This document shows, one piece after another, positions 1 through 12,700 of a stretch of DNA of 64,000 nt. The stretch is from positions 7,420,217-7,484,216 of the forward strand of contig CM082595.2 in NCBI GenBank assembly GCA_040954595.2, read 5' to 3'. Under the pieces are notes generated by a model. The model had not been told where the DNA came from, made no database searches, and was given only the letters and a program-made list of their open reading frames with translations. Both the position numbers and the translations under genes were made by a program. Every line of letters begins with the position of its first letter. Position 1 is the first letter of the stretch. Source of the stretch: Balanoglossus misakiensis (Eukaryota; Animalia; Hemichordata).

Positions 1-125
1 CGGTGCAAATAGAGAAATATTCGTGATATACCACGGTTGAAACTGCCCAGGTAATAATTTTGTCACAAATCGTTTTATTCCATTAACTGTGTTGGTTTTT
101 TTGCTTCAATAAAATCTTGTTTTAA

Positions 126-858
126 GGTGGCACTGCATGAAACCGTCGAGACTTTTTCAGAGGCCTATTTCTCATCAAAGAAAAAGTTAAAACCCCCATA
201 AACCATATATATTCTGGAAGCTGAGATTTTGAACTTTTGTTTGAGTTGCAAATATTATTGATCCCCGGAAATGGTGGCGATTTTGGGTGAAAAAACCCAT
301 TTTTTGATATTATGTCATGAAATTTAAAATAGGTAAAAAAGTTGACCATGCATCATGCATCTTAATATGTCATTCAAAACTAGAGTACACGTGCAAAAAA
401 ACGCTAATTTTGTTTTGCGTTAGCTGCTTCCATTGAGGAGTAACAGCGTTTAAAAGTTAGATTTTCAGAAAATTTGATCAAATTCACGGTGAGTTGTATT
501 GAATCAGAGTTTATTCCCGCCAGGGACACTTTATCGACAAACAAAACTAGCGTTTTGTTGGATGGGTCATACACAATTCCCTGTCAAAATTTGAGCAAAT
601 TCGGCCAACGCAGGGCGAAGCTATTTTAGTCCGAAGTTGTCAAGAGCAGCGAAAATGCAAACTGAGAAAAACGGCTATTTGCATTGTTGACACCTATTTG
701 TTAAGCTGTGAACTCATTCAGAAAAGTGCTATTTTGGGGTGATTATGCACCATTTCCGCCAAGACGTATTAGTCAGGTTGTGGGTCAGTATTAGGCCTAT
801 CGATTTATGTAAAGAAGTAAAATTTGGCAAAAATCACAACTTTTCATGCAATGCCACC
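126..858. mobile_element. Non-autonomous DNA transposon (MITE), Kolobok-type
   Basis: TIRs GGTGGCACTGCATGAAA (126-142) and TTTCATGCAATGCCACC (842-858), 1 mismatch. TTAA on both sides (122-125, 859-862). RR...YY termini with a TTAA TSD fit Kolobok rather than piggyBac. No credible ORF. Confidence 0.8.
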
Positions 859-2625
859 TTAATCACAGTCACTCCTGTGGTTTAAAGGCCCTTCTCAACA
901 GTTGTCCAATAAACAGTTACGTGCTAACACAAAGGATTTCTCATTTGCCTTCATTGTTCTGCCCTGGGATCGATGAATCTTTAGCTGATGTTAAGTATAA
1001 TTTCATTACATTCCAATAAAGAATGATTTGGTATGCATTTGTTAATTTCATGAAACTCAAAAAAATTGTATTTAGCAAGGCGTGGTCATCTTGTGATATC
1101 TTGTGATAATTTCCGTTTTTCTTTTGATCAAAATCGAATTGTCAGATTGAATATATGTAAATCTGCTTTCTATTCTAAGCCGGAGACATGTCAAACATTA
1201 TAAATACAAACTTTGTATTTATCTTCAATATATCAGAGAAGGCAGTGCGTCTCTGCTGGTAGAGACACACTGCCTTCAAAAATATATCGTATTATTGCAG
1301 GCGGTAAATTATTCATGAAATGTTTCTGCTCTGTTAGCTTCGTTGATATGAAGCCGTGTGCGCATGCGTTGTAGCAACATGATGAAAGATCGTCCAACCG
1401 TCCAACGTCTACTGTTAATTGTGTTCTGTTTGAAGTTTTGGATCTGAAATATTTATACCAGTCTTTTTCACAATCGTTTCTTTTAATTGTAGCAGGAGTT
1501 CTGTTACAATACGTGTCCCACCGGCGCACCCCGGGTTCACCCTTGGAGCTGAAGTATACAATCACAGTACATGTTGTGCATCTCACGGCACGAAAAATAT
1601 TTATCCCAATTAAGTTACCATGACGACCCTTCTGTACACGCCAAATCACAGTATAAATATTTTAGAAAGATTTCTAAAATGCAATCGTATATTGACAGCT
1701 AACGTGATAATATAAATGTACAAAATTACAAATTTTGAAAAATCTTATCGTTCACTGGACTGTCACTTTACAAATGTATAATAACCTTGTACAAGAGTGT
1801 AACTGAGACAATGAGCGTTATTTGATGTAAGCCAAGAGTATAAGTTATCAATAAACATTTGGTTCGTACGCTTGTATTCAAAAACATGTTTCACACTGCA
1901 TTCTGGGACCTGATTAGAATGTTGACTGTCTGATAGGCACGAACAATATGTCCTTCACCCCTTAAGAGGTTAGCTTGGTGCAGTTCCCACTGCATTTGTA
2001 ATCTCTAAACTAACCGTTTTCTGTGATGGTCGAGGTGCAACTACTTTGGACTCTTCAATGCTAGTTACCGCATAACGACGGTTAATTGTCGATTGCCGTG
2101 CCATAAAGAATAGCAGTACAATCTATCAAATTAACATCTATTCACACAATTTACCAACAGTGTAATTTATCTATCCTCCTCACCACTAGGCAGGAGTGTG
2201 TTCAACGACTATTCCAACTACATTAAACATATAAAATTATCACACCCCAGGTTAACGAAGATGCTTTTTAGACACATCCAATGTCTTTATGAGTATTCCA
2301 TGTTGATAGAAATCCGTGGATAATATCGTGAATGTAAATCTACTTGTACACCTTTTACCCCGTGAATTTCTGAATTGAGAAGGACGATATATCTATTTCT
2401 CATAAATAAACGTTGATAAACCCTCAATATACCCTCTGTGGAAAATAGAATGATGCATCTTCCCCTTTGATTTATGTGGGGCCTTCTTATTAAAGCAATT
2501 TATGAGAGAGATATGAGGGGTAGATTTGAAAGATGTTCCGCAGATCAGCGCTCTGATTTCTGACTGATACGTGAAAACAAAATTCCCCACTGGCATAAAC
2601 AAGTGCGTCAGCGTTCCAACTCCTT

Positions 2626-3729
2626 CTAGATTTCTCTCTCTGTTACCTGAATCGCATTTGTCTCCATGGTAACTACATGATTGTTACTTTGAGTCGAGCC
2701 ACTGAAGTCGATCACATTCGGTTTTGGGCTACACTTAAAGATTTTCAGCAATTCAGCCCGAAACATTTGATACTGCAAAGCGTATATCATAGGGTTTATG
2801 CAGAGGTTGAAAAACGCGAAAAGTTCTGGAATGTCGGAAAATCCCAGGAAAATAATGTCCTTATCGATTTCTGTGATATTGTAAAGAAAGAATCGCAGAG
2901 CTTGTGGGGTCCAACAGAAAAGGTAAGCCAGTGAAACGAGGAACATAGTCTTTGTCACGTTCCGCATGGATTTTTCTTTGAAATTTTCCCGTTGGCGTCG
3001 GGTGCTTTGCGCAGGGCCCTGTTCCACGCGGACAGCAGTCGCTGGATTAGAAGAGTTTATTTGGCGGGACCGTTTTCTGAGAAACCAGATAATGCTGCTA
3101 TAAGTAAAAATCATTCCCCCGAGGGGTAATACGTATTCCGTGACAAATATCAACAGACCGGATAACATCTGCAAGAAGCCAGGTAGTCTTTTGTACTTGC
3201 AGGACGACCCTTCTGCGAAATTGACAACGAGCCAAAATAATTCAAGTAGGAAAGGTATCAACCATACAAAGGCAATTGCAATGCGAGCTTTGACTTTTGT
3301 GAATTGGTTTTTGTACTTCAACGGATGAACCACGGCGATGTATCTCTCTAGTGTCAGGAGCGTTAGATTCAGCGACGAAACCATGATCAAACTCCAGTTA
3401 ATGTACTCCGAATACCAAATCTTACAAAACAAATCCGCGAGAATGCGAGATTCGGGCACAGGGACAAGTGGTATGCAGTGGCGAAGGATAACAAAAATGG
3501 AACACACAAGGTCGATCACTGATTGGTTGATGATGAAAAGGTTTGTCAAACTGTGCAATGAACGTGCTCTGGAGTAAACATAGCAAACCAAAAGATTACC
3601 AACAATCCCCAGAGTACCTATGAATCCAAGAAAAACCGTCATTTGATAATCAGAAAAAAATCTTGACCAGCCAACGACTGACCCACGCAACAAAGCCTCT
3701 GTTGTATTGGCGGCTGTTGTGTTTTCCAT
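2626..3729 (-). CDS. Rhodopsin-like (class A) 7TM G protein-coupled receptor, peptide-receptor-like (galanin/allatostatin-A receptor-like), single coding exon, 367 aa
   Basis: Intact ORF with seven hydrophobic segments and class A motifs: GNLLV (TM1), NQSVIDL (TM2), Cys before TM3 and TLERY, Trp in TM4, YVLP (TM5), CWTP (TM6), NPMIY (TM7). N-terminal N-glycosylation sequons (NTT x2). Ligand cannot be assigned from sequence. Confidence 0.95.
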   Translation of the reverse strand: MENTTAANTTEALLRGSVVGWSRFFSDYQMTVFLGFIGTLGIVGNLLVCYVYSRARSLHSLTNLFIINQSVIDLVCSIFVILRHCIPLVPVPESRILADLFCKIWYSEYINWSLIMVSSLNLTLLTLERYIAVVHPLKYKNQFTKVKARIAIAFVWLIPFLLELFWLVVNFAEGSSCKYKRLPGFLQMLSGLLIFVTEYVLPLGGMIFTYSSIIWFLRKRSRQINSSNPATAVRVEQGPAQSTRRQRENFKEKSMRNVTKTMFLVSLAYLFCWTPQALRFFLYNITEIDKDIIFLGFSDIPELFAFFNLCINPMIYALQYQMFRAELLKIFKCSPKPNVIDFSGSTQSNNHVVTMETNAIQVTEREI

Positions 3730-4066
3730 TTGTGTCTATTTATATGTAATCGATTTGAAAGCAAGATGACAATCAATTTAAGTCACAAACCCCTTACTGG
3801 TTCCGCCCTGTAGCGCAGGCGGGCCAAATGGCCAAAATGTACTGACAACTTGTCCACTAGAAGAGAAGGTTTACAATGCCTGTTGACAATCTTCTGTTTC
3901 TATGCAAACAGGCCAGCACCTCTTGCGACGATCATACCAATGGAACTCATCCTGTGTCCGATGTTCATGAAATTAAGGTTGCATCTGTGTGACTTGTAAC
4001 TATCTTCAGTGTGTACACAACTTGCACAACACGTATATACTGCAATTAGGATAACATAATAATACA

Positions 4067-4160
4067 AATGATGATGGTGGTGGTGGTGGTGGTGGTGGTG
4101 GTGGTGATGATGATGATGATGATGATGGTGATGAGGGTGATTTGGATGATGAGGAGGACG
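4067..4160. repeat. (TGA/TGG)n trinucleotide microsatellite
   Basis: Runs of tgg and tga. Explains the poly-His ORF 3900-4211. Confidence 0.9.
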
Positions 4161-4553
4161 GCGACGGGGGGCGGGGGCGGTAATGGTGATGATTATAATA
4201 GTTACTATCATTAAATATTAATACACATCTAACTTAATCAGTACGTGTAACTTGATTACTCTAACGGAAAAATCATATCTGGTACTGCTCTACTCTTTAT
4301 ATACAAATATATAAATTGAAATGGATTTCATTTTTTCATTTCTTCACTGTACGCATGCCAAAATATCTCTAATGATAATTACTATCAAATCATATTTCCT
4401 TTTGTACTATATCTCAGAATTTCTATGAAGAACACAGTATACTCATTTATCTAGGAATGGATACTTAGATAAATGAGTATACTCATTCCCCGTGTAGTGG
4501 ATCTTTGCAAAAGAGTGTTGTTTCTGAGTGATGATGGAGAAAAATAAATTTAA

Positions 4554-5060
4554 AGGCACGTAAGCTGCAACTTTTGGGATAATTTTCATATTTTTTTGTT
4601 TCAAACTGCACTACCATTAGTCCATGCAGATGAAGGCAGTGAACAATAAACAAGCATTATAAACCCTAAATATGAGTGCATATGCAAGTTTTAACCAGAT
4701 AAATAATAAAGCTTTGCCGCAAGCGATTATGGCCGCCACCGTGGGAAAGTGCAAGAAACAATGAAAATGTCGCATTTCCGGTTGTGAAACTTCATAAACA
4801 AAACATGATCTCATCCACTTGAGCTCATGGAAGTAAATTTACACCACTGAGACATCAGATTTTCATTTTTCATTGCAATATTATTGCACTTTTTTTAAAA
4901 TTGCAGGAATTTTCGTTTTTCTTTAATTGTTGGCCTTTTTGTCATAAATAAGTGTTGAGCTTGATATATTATCATGAAATAGCATTTAATAGACATAATT
5001 AAAAGCATATATGAGATTATTTAAAACTTTAATTTTTATCCAGTTGCAGCTCATGTGCCT
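4554..5060. mobile_element. Non-autonomous DNA transposon (MITE), Kolobok-type
   Basis: TIRs AGGCACGTAAGCTGCAACT and AGTTGCAGCTCATGTGCCT (2 mismatches), flanked by TTAA (4550-4553, 5061-5064). AG...CT termini. Confidence 0.8.
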
Positions 5061-5555
5061 TTAAGCAGAAATTCAGTGCTGGTGGTATAAACAATTGTTA
5101 TTATTTTTTACTTGTGCTGTCCACAAGAACATTTGGATTTGACTTAATGTTTGTAATGTCTGTGCACACGAAGATATGCACATGCGCATAAGACAATAGT
5201 CGGCCTTTAACTGTCCACCTTGAGAATCAATCATTTTATTGTACCTATTGTCACCTAAAACTTCAAACTAACACAGTTTATGTAAGACATAGACATGTTA
5301 AGTTAGTTATGTTAAAGTCTGTGTGTATACTAGTCTTCTTAGACTTGGGACTGCAGAAGCACACCACAAACACACACACAAGAAGATCTCGTTCATCATT
5401 TAATTGCCTGATAGATATTTAATTTAACGAAGGCAGACAGTCGCATTTTCAGAAATTTCACTTATACATCTATTTTTTTAATTTCATAATTCGGTTTACA
5501 TCGCAAAATAGTAATTCAGACAATTAAAGTAAAAGATGATCATGGTGATAGTTAC

Positions 5556-5624
5556 CTCTATCTGTAGCTTCTGACTGTGACGTTGAATTCTTTTCGTTCC
5601 GTCGCATTCGATTTCCGAGTAGTC
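5556..5624 (-). other. Putative 69-nt 5'-UTR exon of the GPCR gene (copy 2 of a duplicated exon)
   Basis: Minus strand reads ttttgcag|GACTAC...ATAGAG|gtaact. Homologous to 6572-6640 including flanks. Confidence 0.45.
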
Positions 5625-6571
5625 CTGCAAAACAGGACAAACATTTGAAATACATGGTTATCTCGACTGGTAAACGACAATATCTAAATTACCATTACTG
5701 AAGATTTTCACGTCTTTTATAAATTATTGAAAAAAACTGTATATACGGATATTGGGACGGAAAACAATGGATTTGGGATGGAAAACAATTGATTTACATT
5801 ATTAAAGAGACAAAGTCTCTCTCTCGCTGCCTTTTATTCATTAAATGTGTTTGATACAAGACACTGTTTATGTTATTCTACATGTGAATATATAGTTAAT
5901 CAACGTTCGACTACACACAACATCCATCCCACTTGTAGACACGAGAGTAAAAAACTCGCCAAATGAATAATCGGTCTATACCATTTAAATTTCTGGGTTT
6001 TAATCTCTTTGTGGTGAATTCATAATTTCTGGCTGAGTGAAACGAGAGTGCCTTTATCTGCTCTGTTAAAAACGAGTGAATGTTGAGATGTAAAGTATGT
6101 ACAAGGAAATGTGTAATTATCCAGAAATAATAAGAATATTTGAATCTATTATTTCCATCATGTATGTTTTCCGTTTGTTGTCTTCGTTTTGATTTTGTTT
6201 AAATAAGCTGATGTAACACTTTTTATGGGGGTCACACACACACACCATTAAGAAGGTTCTGAAGCGCCTCAGATGAAATATTATTACGTGCGAACGGTTT
6301 AAGTGGTCCTGAAACGTCTCAGATTAGAAACCGTATTAAAAAACGTGTGGACGGTGTAAGTGGTTCTGAAATGCCTTCAGCGCCTATACATAAACTTTGT
6401 GTGTGTGTGGACACACCGCGACTCAAAGGATTAATGCTCTGTGTTTACAAAAGGCAAATAGTGTCTCAATTTTTTTTCGTGTGTGAACCTGGTATAAGTG
6501 AGGTTTTATAAAAGATTTAGAAAATCAGAAGTCAGATACCAAAAGTGCAAAATGATCAAGGTGATAGTTAC

Positions 6572-6640
6572 CTCTACAGCTTCCTATATTGGAACGTTGA
6601 AATCTTGCCGCTTCCTCGCCTTTGATTTATGAGTATAGTC
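6572..6640 (-). other. Putative 69-nt 5'-UTR exon of the GPCR gene (copy 1 of a duplicated exon)
   Basis: Minus strand reads atttgtag|GACTAT...GTAGAG|gtaact. Stops in all three frames, so non-coding. Confidence 0.45.
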
Positions 6641-7074
6641 CTACAAATAGAACACACATTTGAAATATTTAGAGCTCTTGACCGGTAAATAATGACATCT
6701 AAATTATCATTACTGAAGAAATTTAAAAATAATGCAGGCATCGAAAGACGAGAACAGACGAAAACAAATGACAACGATGTAAACTAGAATGGGGGCGAAT
6801 AACAATGGAGACAAAATAAACACAAACAAGAGGTGAAAACAGAGGATAATACGTGAAGACACACGACAGATTAAACTGAGCCTTACAATTATATTGGCCA
6901 AGCAGGTTTTCAACACATAAGCGCACTGAGTGAATAACTAGTAGCTTGGGAAGCCGGCTGGGCTATGAACTACGGCACAAATATTGTGACTGATGCATCG
7001 ATCCCAGATCGCGTGTTCACTGGTCGAGTGACAAATCACAGTACTTTGAAAGCTTAACATCATTTGGTTTTTAT

Positions 7075-7140
7075 ACAAAGCACGTGCCCCTCCTAGTATA
7101 TAGCGTATTTTTATTGGGCAAGGTGATCACGTGACATTTG
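7075..7140 (-). promoter_or_regulatory. Possible GPCR gene promoter
   Basis: TATATA (7097-7102), a minus-strand CCAAT just upstream and two CACGTG E-boxes. A minus-strand donor-like GTAAGG lies near 6887. Motif coincidence only. Confidence 0.3.
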
Positions 7141-7349
7141 TTGCCACTTGCGGGCGACACTCGCAGAATATACAGTAAATGTCATCATGTATTTTCCCGC
7201 TCAAAAAATTGTGACTGGAAGAATAACCCGTCTTGTCATTGTCACAGTTAGTATTTCACGTTTAGCCCTCTAAATTGCTGTGAGGTTTGACATTGCCATA
7301 CTTCGTCTAAATCTACTTATATCAGCAACAGAATTCTCAGATAACGAGA

Positions 7350-7383
<34 letters not shown>

Positions 7384-7455
7384 CGACGACGACGATGATG
7401 ATGATGATGAGGAGGAGGAGGAGTAGGAGGATGGTGGTGGAGGTGGTTGTGTTGG
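7350..7455. repeat. Compound (GAT)/(GAC)/(GAG)/(GGT) microsatellite
   Basis: Directly visible trinucleotide runs. Confidence 0.9.
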
Positions 7456-9620
7456 TATATATATTATGACGATAAATATTTCCCTAAAATACCATGGTAC
7501 TTATAGTTGGCAGTCACAACTTTGTATGTATGAGGCCAATCTTTCTTTCATTGATCGTAATGTAGATTTGACTAATCAAAATGTCACTTTCGATGAGCAT
7601 TAACGTTTAATATCTTAGGGGATTAAGCTCTTGAATACTTGTGGTAGTCGTTTAGAGATTGCACTCCAGTGTAGATGATGATAAAATATTTCTGATATCG
7701 ACCTCAGTATTAATTTCCTTGGGATCCTTTTACATATCCTGTATAAGTAAACCTCAGGCAAGAAACATATAGTAGTGTCACCTGAAAAGAAACTGTGGTA
7801 GTTTTGCTCCGTGCCCCATTTTAGCAGCAATTAGGTTTTTTATGATAAAATTATAAACATATTAACTCCCCAGGAAAAGCAGTCGATGTTTAGTGTTAAT
7901 AGAAAGCATCTTCATGAATAGATCTCGGTATACACGTGGGTGTAATTGATTATGCTTCAAGCTATTCGATAGGAGATGATCTCTCTGGCTCATCTAATGG
8001 CCTTTAAATAAAACAGCGTGCTAAATGCGACTACTTTGATTTCATCTTGAAAACAACTCGAAGATATGGCTTACAGACGGGATTAATTATGTATTTATTG
8101 TGTAATAGTGCATTAGTCGTTATATCAAGTAACCCGGAATGTGTGCAACTGGCCACAGATACAGTGTCGTAATTGGCTGAGACCCGCTTTTAATTTATAC
8201 AAGCCGTGGTTGTAAACGAACAGCAGACAGGGTTTACGATATTTAGATATCAAGAAAATAGTTCTGTCTCTTCAAATTTATATTCGGGTGACAATGTGAT
8301 ATGTGAATTGGTTTATTGATTGAGAAAAAATACAAGCTTTCGCTTGGTAAAACTATCACTACCTAAATCGACAAATATTCTGCAACTTCTTCGAAAATAT
8401 GCCCTGCGAGTCGTACTTCGGCTTACATGTCCGCCATTTTGAATTAATGAGTTGTTCGCTGCGAGTCACCTCCGTCTTACGCCTTCCATTGTTACAAAAC
8501 GTTCGCGAAAAACAATGACAAAAGATCGTTCAACATGAAAACGTTTTGTGAATGCTTGCGCAGGGCGTTTTTGTACTTCGTCGAACGATAGGCTTGTCAA
8601 TGGATCATTTCACGGTTATCGGCGCCATCTTGAACGGGGGGCAAATGGCGGCTGTTTCGACGCATGTGGCGTCCTTCATTGTTGTCATTAGAGCAAACAC
8701 GGAAGTGTCGTCTCTTAGCAGCTCCTGCCACTTTTCGAAATTTTCCTGAAATTGGTCAACTTTTTTCCATCACAACAGGTAAATTAACTCGGAAAGTTGT
8801 ATCAAATACCAAAACTTTCCAAATGTATTACTGTCATCCTTTTTACGCGATTTATCCAACTTGTAATCGTGCTGCAGATAACACGTAATAGCACCACTGC
8901 ATAGTTAAGCTGTCATGTACCACTAAATAAACACATATGGGGTCAAAAAATTTTGCCCAAATTTCGGGTGACCTCAGATGACCATTCTGGCTTGTGCCCT
9001 GCCATTGTTGTTGCAGCTATATTCTTATCTCGTATCATTAAAGTGTATTGGGCAAAAGTTCAAGAATTTTGCCTGAAACGTTCGTTACCGAAGTCAACAG
9101 AGTGGAAATCAAAGGTGTTTGTTGGTTCATACATTTTAGACTGTACTATAATGCCTTAATGATTTACTAAAGTGTCCTGGACAATGACAGAAGCCCTGTA
9201 CCGTGCACCTAGGTGGGTCTTGAAACTTGTGTACAGACGAAACCGAGTGGGCCTTATCTGGTATTAACCACCGTGTTGGTCTCTCGACCATTTGCAATGG
9301 AAAAACACACCCAAAAGCGGGCGTCACTGACGAAATCTCTACATTTTAGACTCTGTTGGATACAACTATAATACCAGAAATGTTGAATGTTGCATTGTGG
9401 GTATGTTTTGTGTTACCATGTTGTGTCGTGAATTTTCAATGCATGGAACTGCAGATTGATCACTTTGCGTGTTATAACTTATTCCTAGACTAATTCATGT
9501 CGTAGAAACCGTCCTTGAGGCCTATTGCTTTGCTTTGCTGATTTGTCCTGTTATAATTTTATTTTAAACGAACTTGTTCTTGGCGTAACATGTTGGTCTG
9601 TCAGCAAATTAATTAATTAA

Positions 9621-12600
9621 ATATAGCTGTGAACAGCAATAAGCGGGTTTCGAGACACTGCTAGCCCTATTGGTTCGCCTGGAGATAGATATGTGCATAT
9701 TTAATTAGTCAGGGTGGAGGATGTGGGAAAGTTGGTCAAACGTCATGTGAGGTCACCCTAAATATGAGCAGAAAATTTTGACACTATATTGGTCCATGTC
9801 CAATAAAAACCACACATCTAGCCCTATTGGTTCGTGTGTACTTAGTTATGCACATAGTTAGGCAGGTGTCACAGGTGGTCCTAAATTTTGGCTACTTATT
9901 TTGGTACCATCCTCCCAAACACCTAAGCTGTACCTGCTGTGGATGCCGAGATATGCGGAGGTAGGTCAAAGGTCACCCAAGGTCACCCGAAATTTGGGGG
10001 GAAAATTTGACCCCATACTGGTCCATGTCCAACAAACACCAGACCTGTAGTCCTGTTAGTTCGCCTGGAATTAGGTATGCACATAATTAATGAGTTAGGC
10101 AGGTGTCACAGGTGACCCTAAATTTTGGCTTCTTATTTTGGTACCATCCACCCAAACACCTAAGCTGTACCTGCTGTAAATGCCGAGATATGAGGAAGTA
10201 GGTCAAAGGTCACCCAAGGTCACCCCAAATTTTGGGGGATAATTTGACCCCATACTGGTTCATGTCCAACAAAAATCAGACCTGTAGCCCTATTGGTTTG
10301 CCTGGAATTAGGTATGCACATAATTAATGAGTTAGGCAGGTGTCACAGGTGACCCTTGAATTTGGCTTCTTATTTTGGTACCATCCACCCAAACACCTAA
10401 GCTGTACCTGCTCTGGATGCCGAGATATACGGAAGAAGGTCAAAGGTCACTCAAGGTCACCCCAAATTTTGGGGGATAATTTGACCCCATACTGGTCCAT
10501 GTCTAACAAAAATCAGACCTGTAGCCCTATTGGTTTGCCTCGAATTAGGTATGCACATAATTAATGAGTTAGGCAGGTGTCACAGGTGACCCTTGAATTA
10601 ATTTGGCTTCTTTTTGTGGTCCTATGCTGCACACTGGCCGATAGGACTATTGCACCAACCAGAATTCTACAAAACGACTTGGCCATAGCTTAACTATAGT
10701 GGAATACGTATAGGTATAGATTTCATAAAAAAATTAATATAAAAAAATCGGTCGATTTTTCATATTATTTTTTCCAGTTGGAACTGATTGTTGGAAGGTA
10801 GGCTAGCTGCACAGTAAATTTGAAGCTGATCAGCCCAGCGGATGTTGAGATATTGGGCATAAATCTAAGATCCTAGGTGGCCATAGCTTAACTATGGAAA
10901 GTATAGGCCTAAGGCTGGGTCCAATGGTCTTGAAAAATATGAAAAATAATGCTTTAAAAATCATCTCCTCAAAATCGGCAAAGACTTGAACATTGAAATT
11001 TTGCATATAGGACCCTGGCCATATGGTCCACAAAGTTTGTTCAAAGAATTTTGATTCGTCATTTTTTATGCAAATGAGATCAATTTTAAACTTTCAATCC
11101 AAGATGGCTGCCAGGTCATGTGACCTGTTGCCATAGTTACATGATCAGAAAATTACTTGCTTTGAGTTTTACCTATGAGCCAAATTTCAAGTCATTGGGT
11201 GCAACGGTCTTCGAATAGCGGCTGTTTTTAAGAGTGGGAAGAAGAATAATAATAATAATAAAAAAATATAGCTGCAAGCAGCGATGACGGGCACAAGCTT
11301 AAGCCGAAGGTCAAAGGTCATATGTGGTCACCCAAAAATTGGGCAAAAAGTTTTGACTCCCATACTAGTCCAGGTCCAACAGAAACCAGACCTCTAGCCC
11401 TATTGGTTTGTCTGAAATTAGATATGCGCATAATTAATGATGTAAAGTGTAAGACTCTATCAATAGTTCGATCCATCCAAACACAAATGCTGTACCTGTT
11501 CTGGATGCCGAGATATAGGAAAGTAGGTCAAAGGTCACCTGAGGCCATCCGAAAGTTTAGCAAAAAATTTTGACCCCATACCAGTCCAGGTCCAACAAAA
11601 ATCAGGCCTCTAACCCTATTGGTTCGCCTAGAATTAGATATGCACATAATTAATGGGGTAAAGTATAAGGCTTCATTAGGAGTTTCATGCCTCCAAATGC
11701 CAAGGCTGTATCTGCGCTGGTTGCCGAGATATGGTAAAGTAGGTCAAAGGTCACCTGAGGTCACCCAAAATTGGGCAAGAAATTTTAACCCCATACTGGT
11801 CCATGTTCAACAAAAATCAAACCTCTAGCCCTATTGGCTAGCCTGGAATTAGGTATGCACATAATTAATGAGATAAGCAGGTGTCACAGGTGACCCCTAA
11901 TTTTGTCTTTTCAATTTTAGTCACAACCCTCCAAACGCCAAGTCAGTACCTGCTGTGGATGCCAAGATATAGGAAAGTAGGTCAAAGGTCACCTGAGGTC
12001 ACCCAAAATTTGGGCAAAAATTTTTGATGCCATACTGATCCATGTCCCACAAGAACAAAACCTCTAGCCTTATTAGTTAGCCTGGAATTAGGTATGCACA
12101 TAATTAATGAGTTAAGCAGGTGTTACAGGTGAGCCCAAAATTTTGCCTTTTATTGTGGTCCCATTCTGCTCACGGGCCAATAGAGAGTCACTGTACAGGA
12201 CCATTGCACAGCCGACGTGGACATAGCGTCATAGCTTAACTATAGAAAGTATAGGCCCATGGCTGGGTTCAAAAATATGAAAAATAAAAAAATCTTCTTC
12301 TCAAAATAGACTTGGCCCACGGCCTTGACATTTGGCATGTAGGACACTGACCACATGGTCTGCAAAAATCGCTAAAAGAATTTTGATATCTCCATTCATA
12401 TGCAAATTAGGCCCATTTGAAAACTTTGCCCATATATGGTCATCAGGTCACATGACTAATTAAACATTCACAGGGATACTGCACCAGCTCTCATAGACCT
12501 ACACCATTGTGCCAAGTTTGAGATTTGTAGGTTCAGCCGTTTTCAAGATCTACCTGAGCAAAAAAACTACACAAGAAAAAAAAAAAAAAAAAAAAGATGA

Positions 12601-12700
12601 AAAACCCCAGTAATACCAATAGGGCACAAGCCTGCTTGGCTTGTGCCCTAACAACACGATTTCAAGAGGGTTTCGAGACCAGAGGGTCTCGAAACCCTAA
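9621..12700 (-). mobile_element. Non-autonomous Helentron-like (HINE-type) element A, host of nested element B
   Basis: Terminal stem-loop AGGGTTTCGAGACC-agag-GGTCTCGAAACCCT (12667-12698). Matching subterminal copy GGGTTTCGAGAC (9645-9656) next to small hairpin GCTGTGAACAGC (9626-9637). Internal 237-bp tandem repeats (about 4 copies, ~9660-10610). (AAT)n tract at ~11240-11260. No TSD, A/T-run flanks. Confidence 0.7.
11266..12651 (-). mobile_element. Non-autonomous Helentron-like element B, nested in A
   Basis: Stem-loop TAGGGCACAAGCC-tgctt-GGCTTGTGCCCTA (12620-12650). Subterminal GGGCACAAGC (11289-11298) plus hairpin GCTGCAAGCAGC (11271-11282). About 3.5 internal ~237-bp repeats homologous to those in A. 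Confidence 0.7.

Noticed and set aside
3900-4211. Poly-His protein
   Set aside because: Translation of a microsatellite.
8380-9530. CpG-rich transposon-like segment
   Set aside because: Could not define matching termini or coding remnants.
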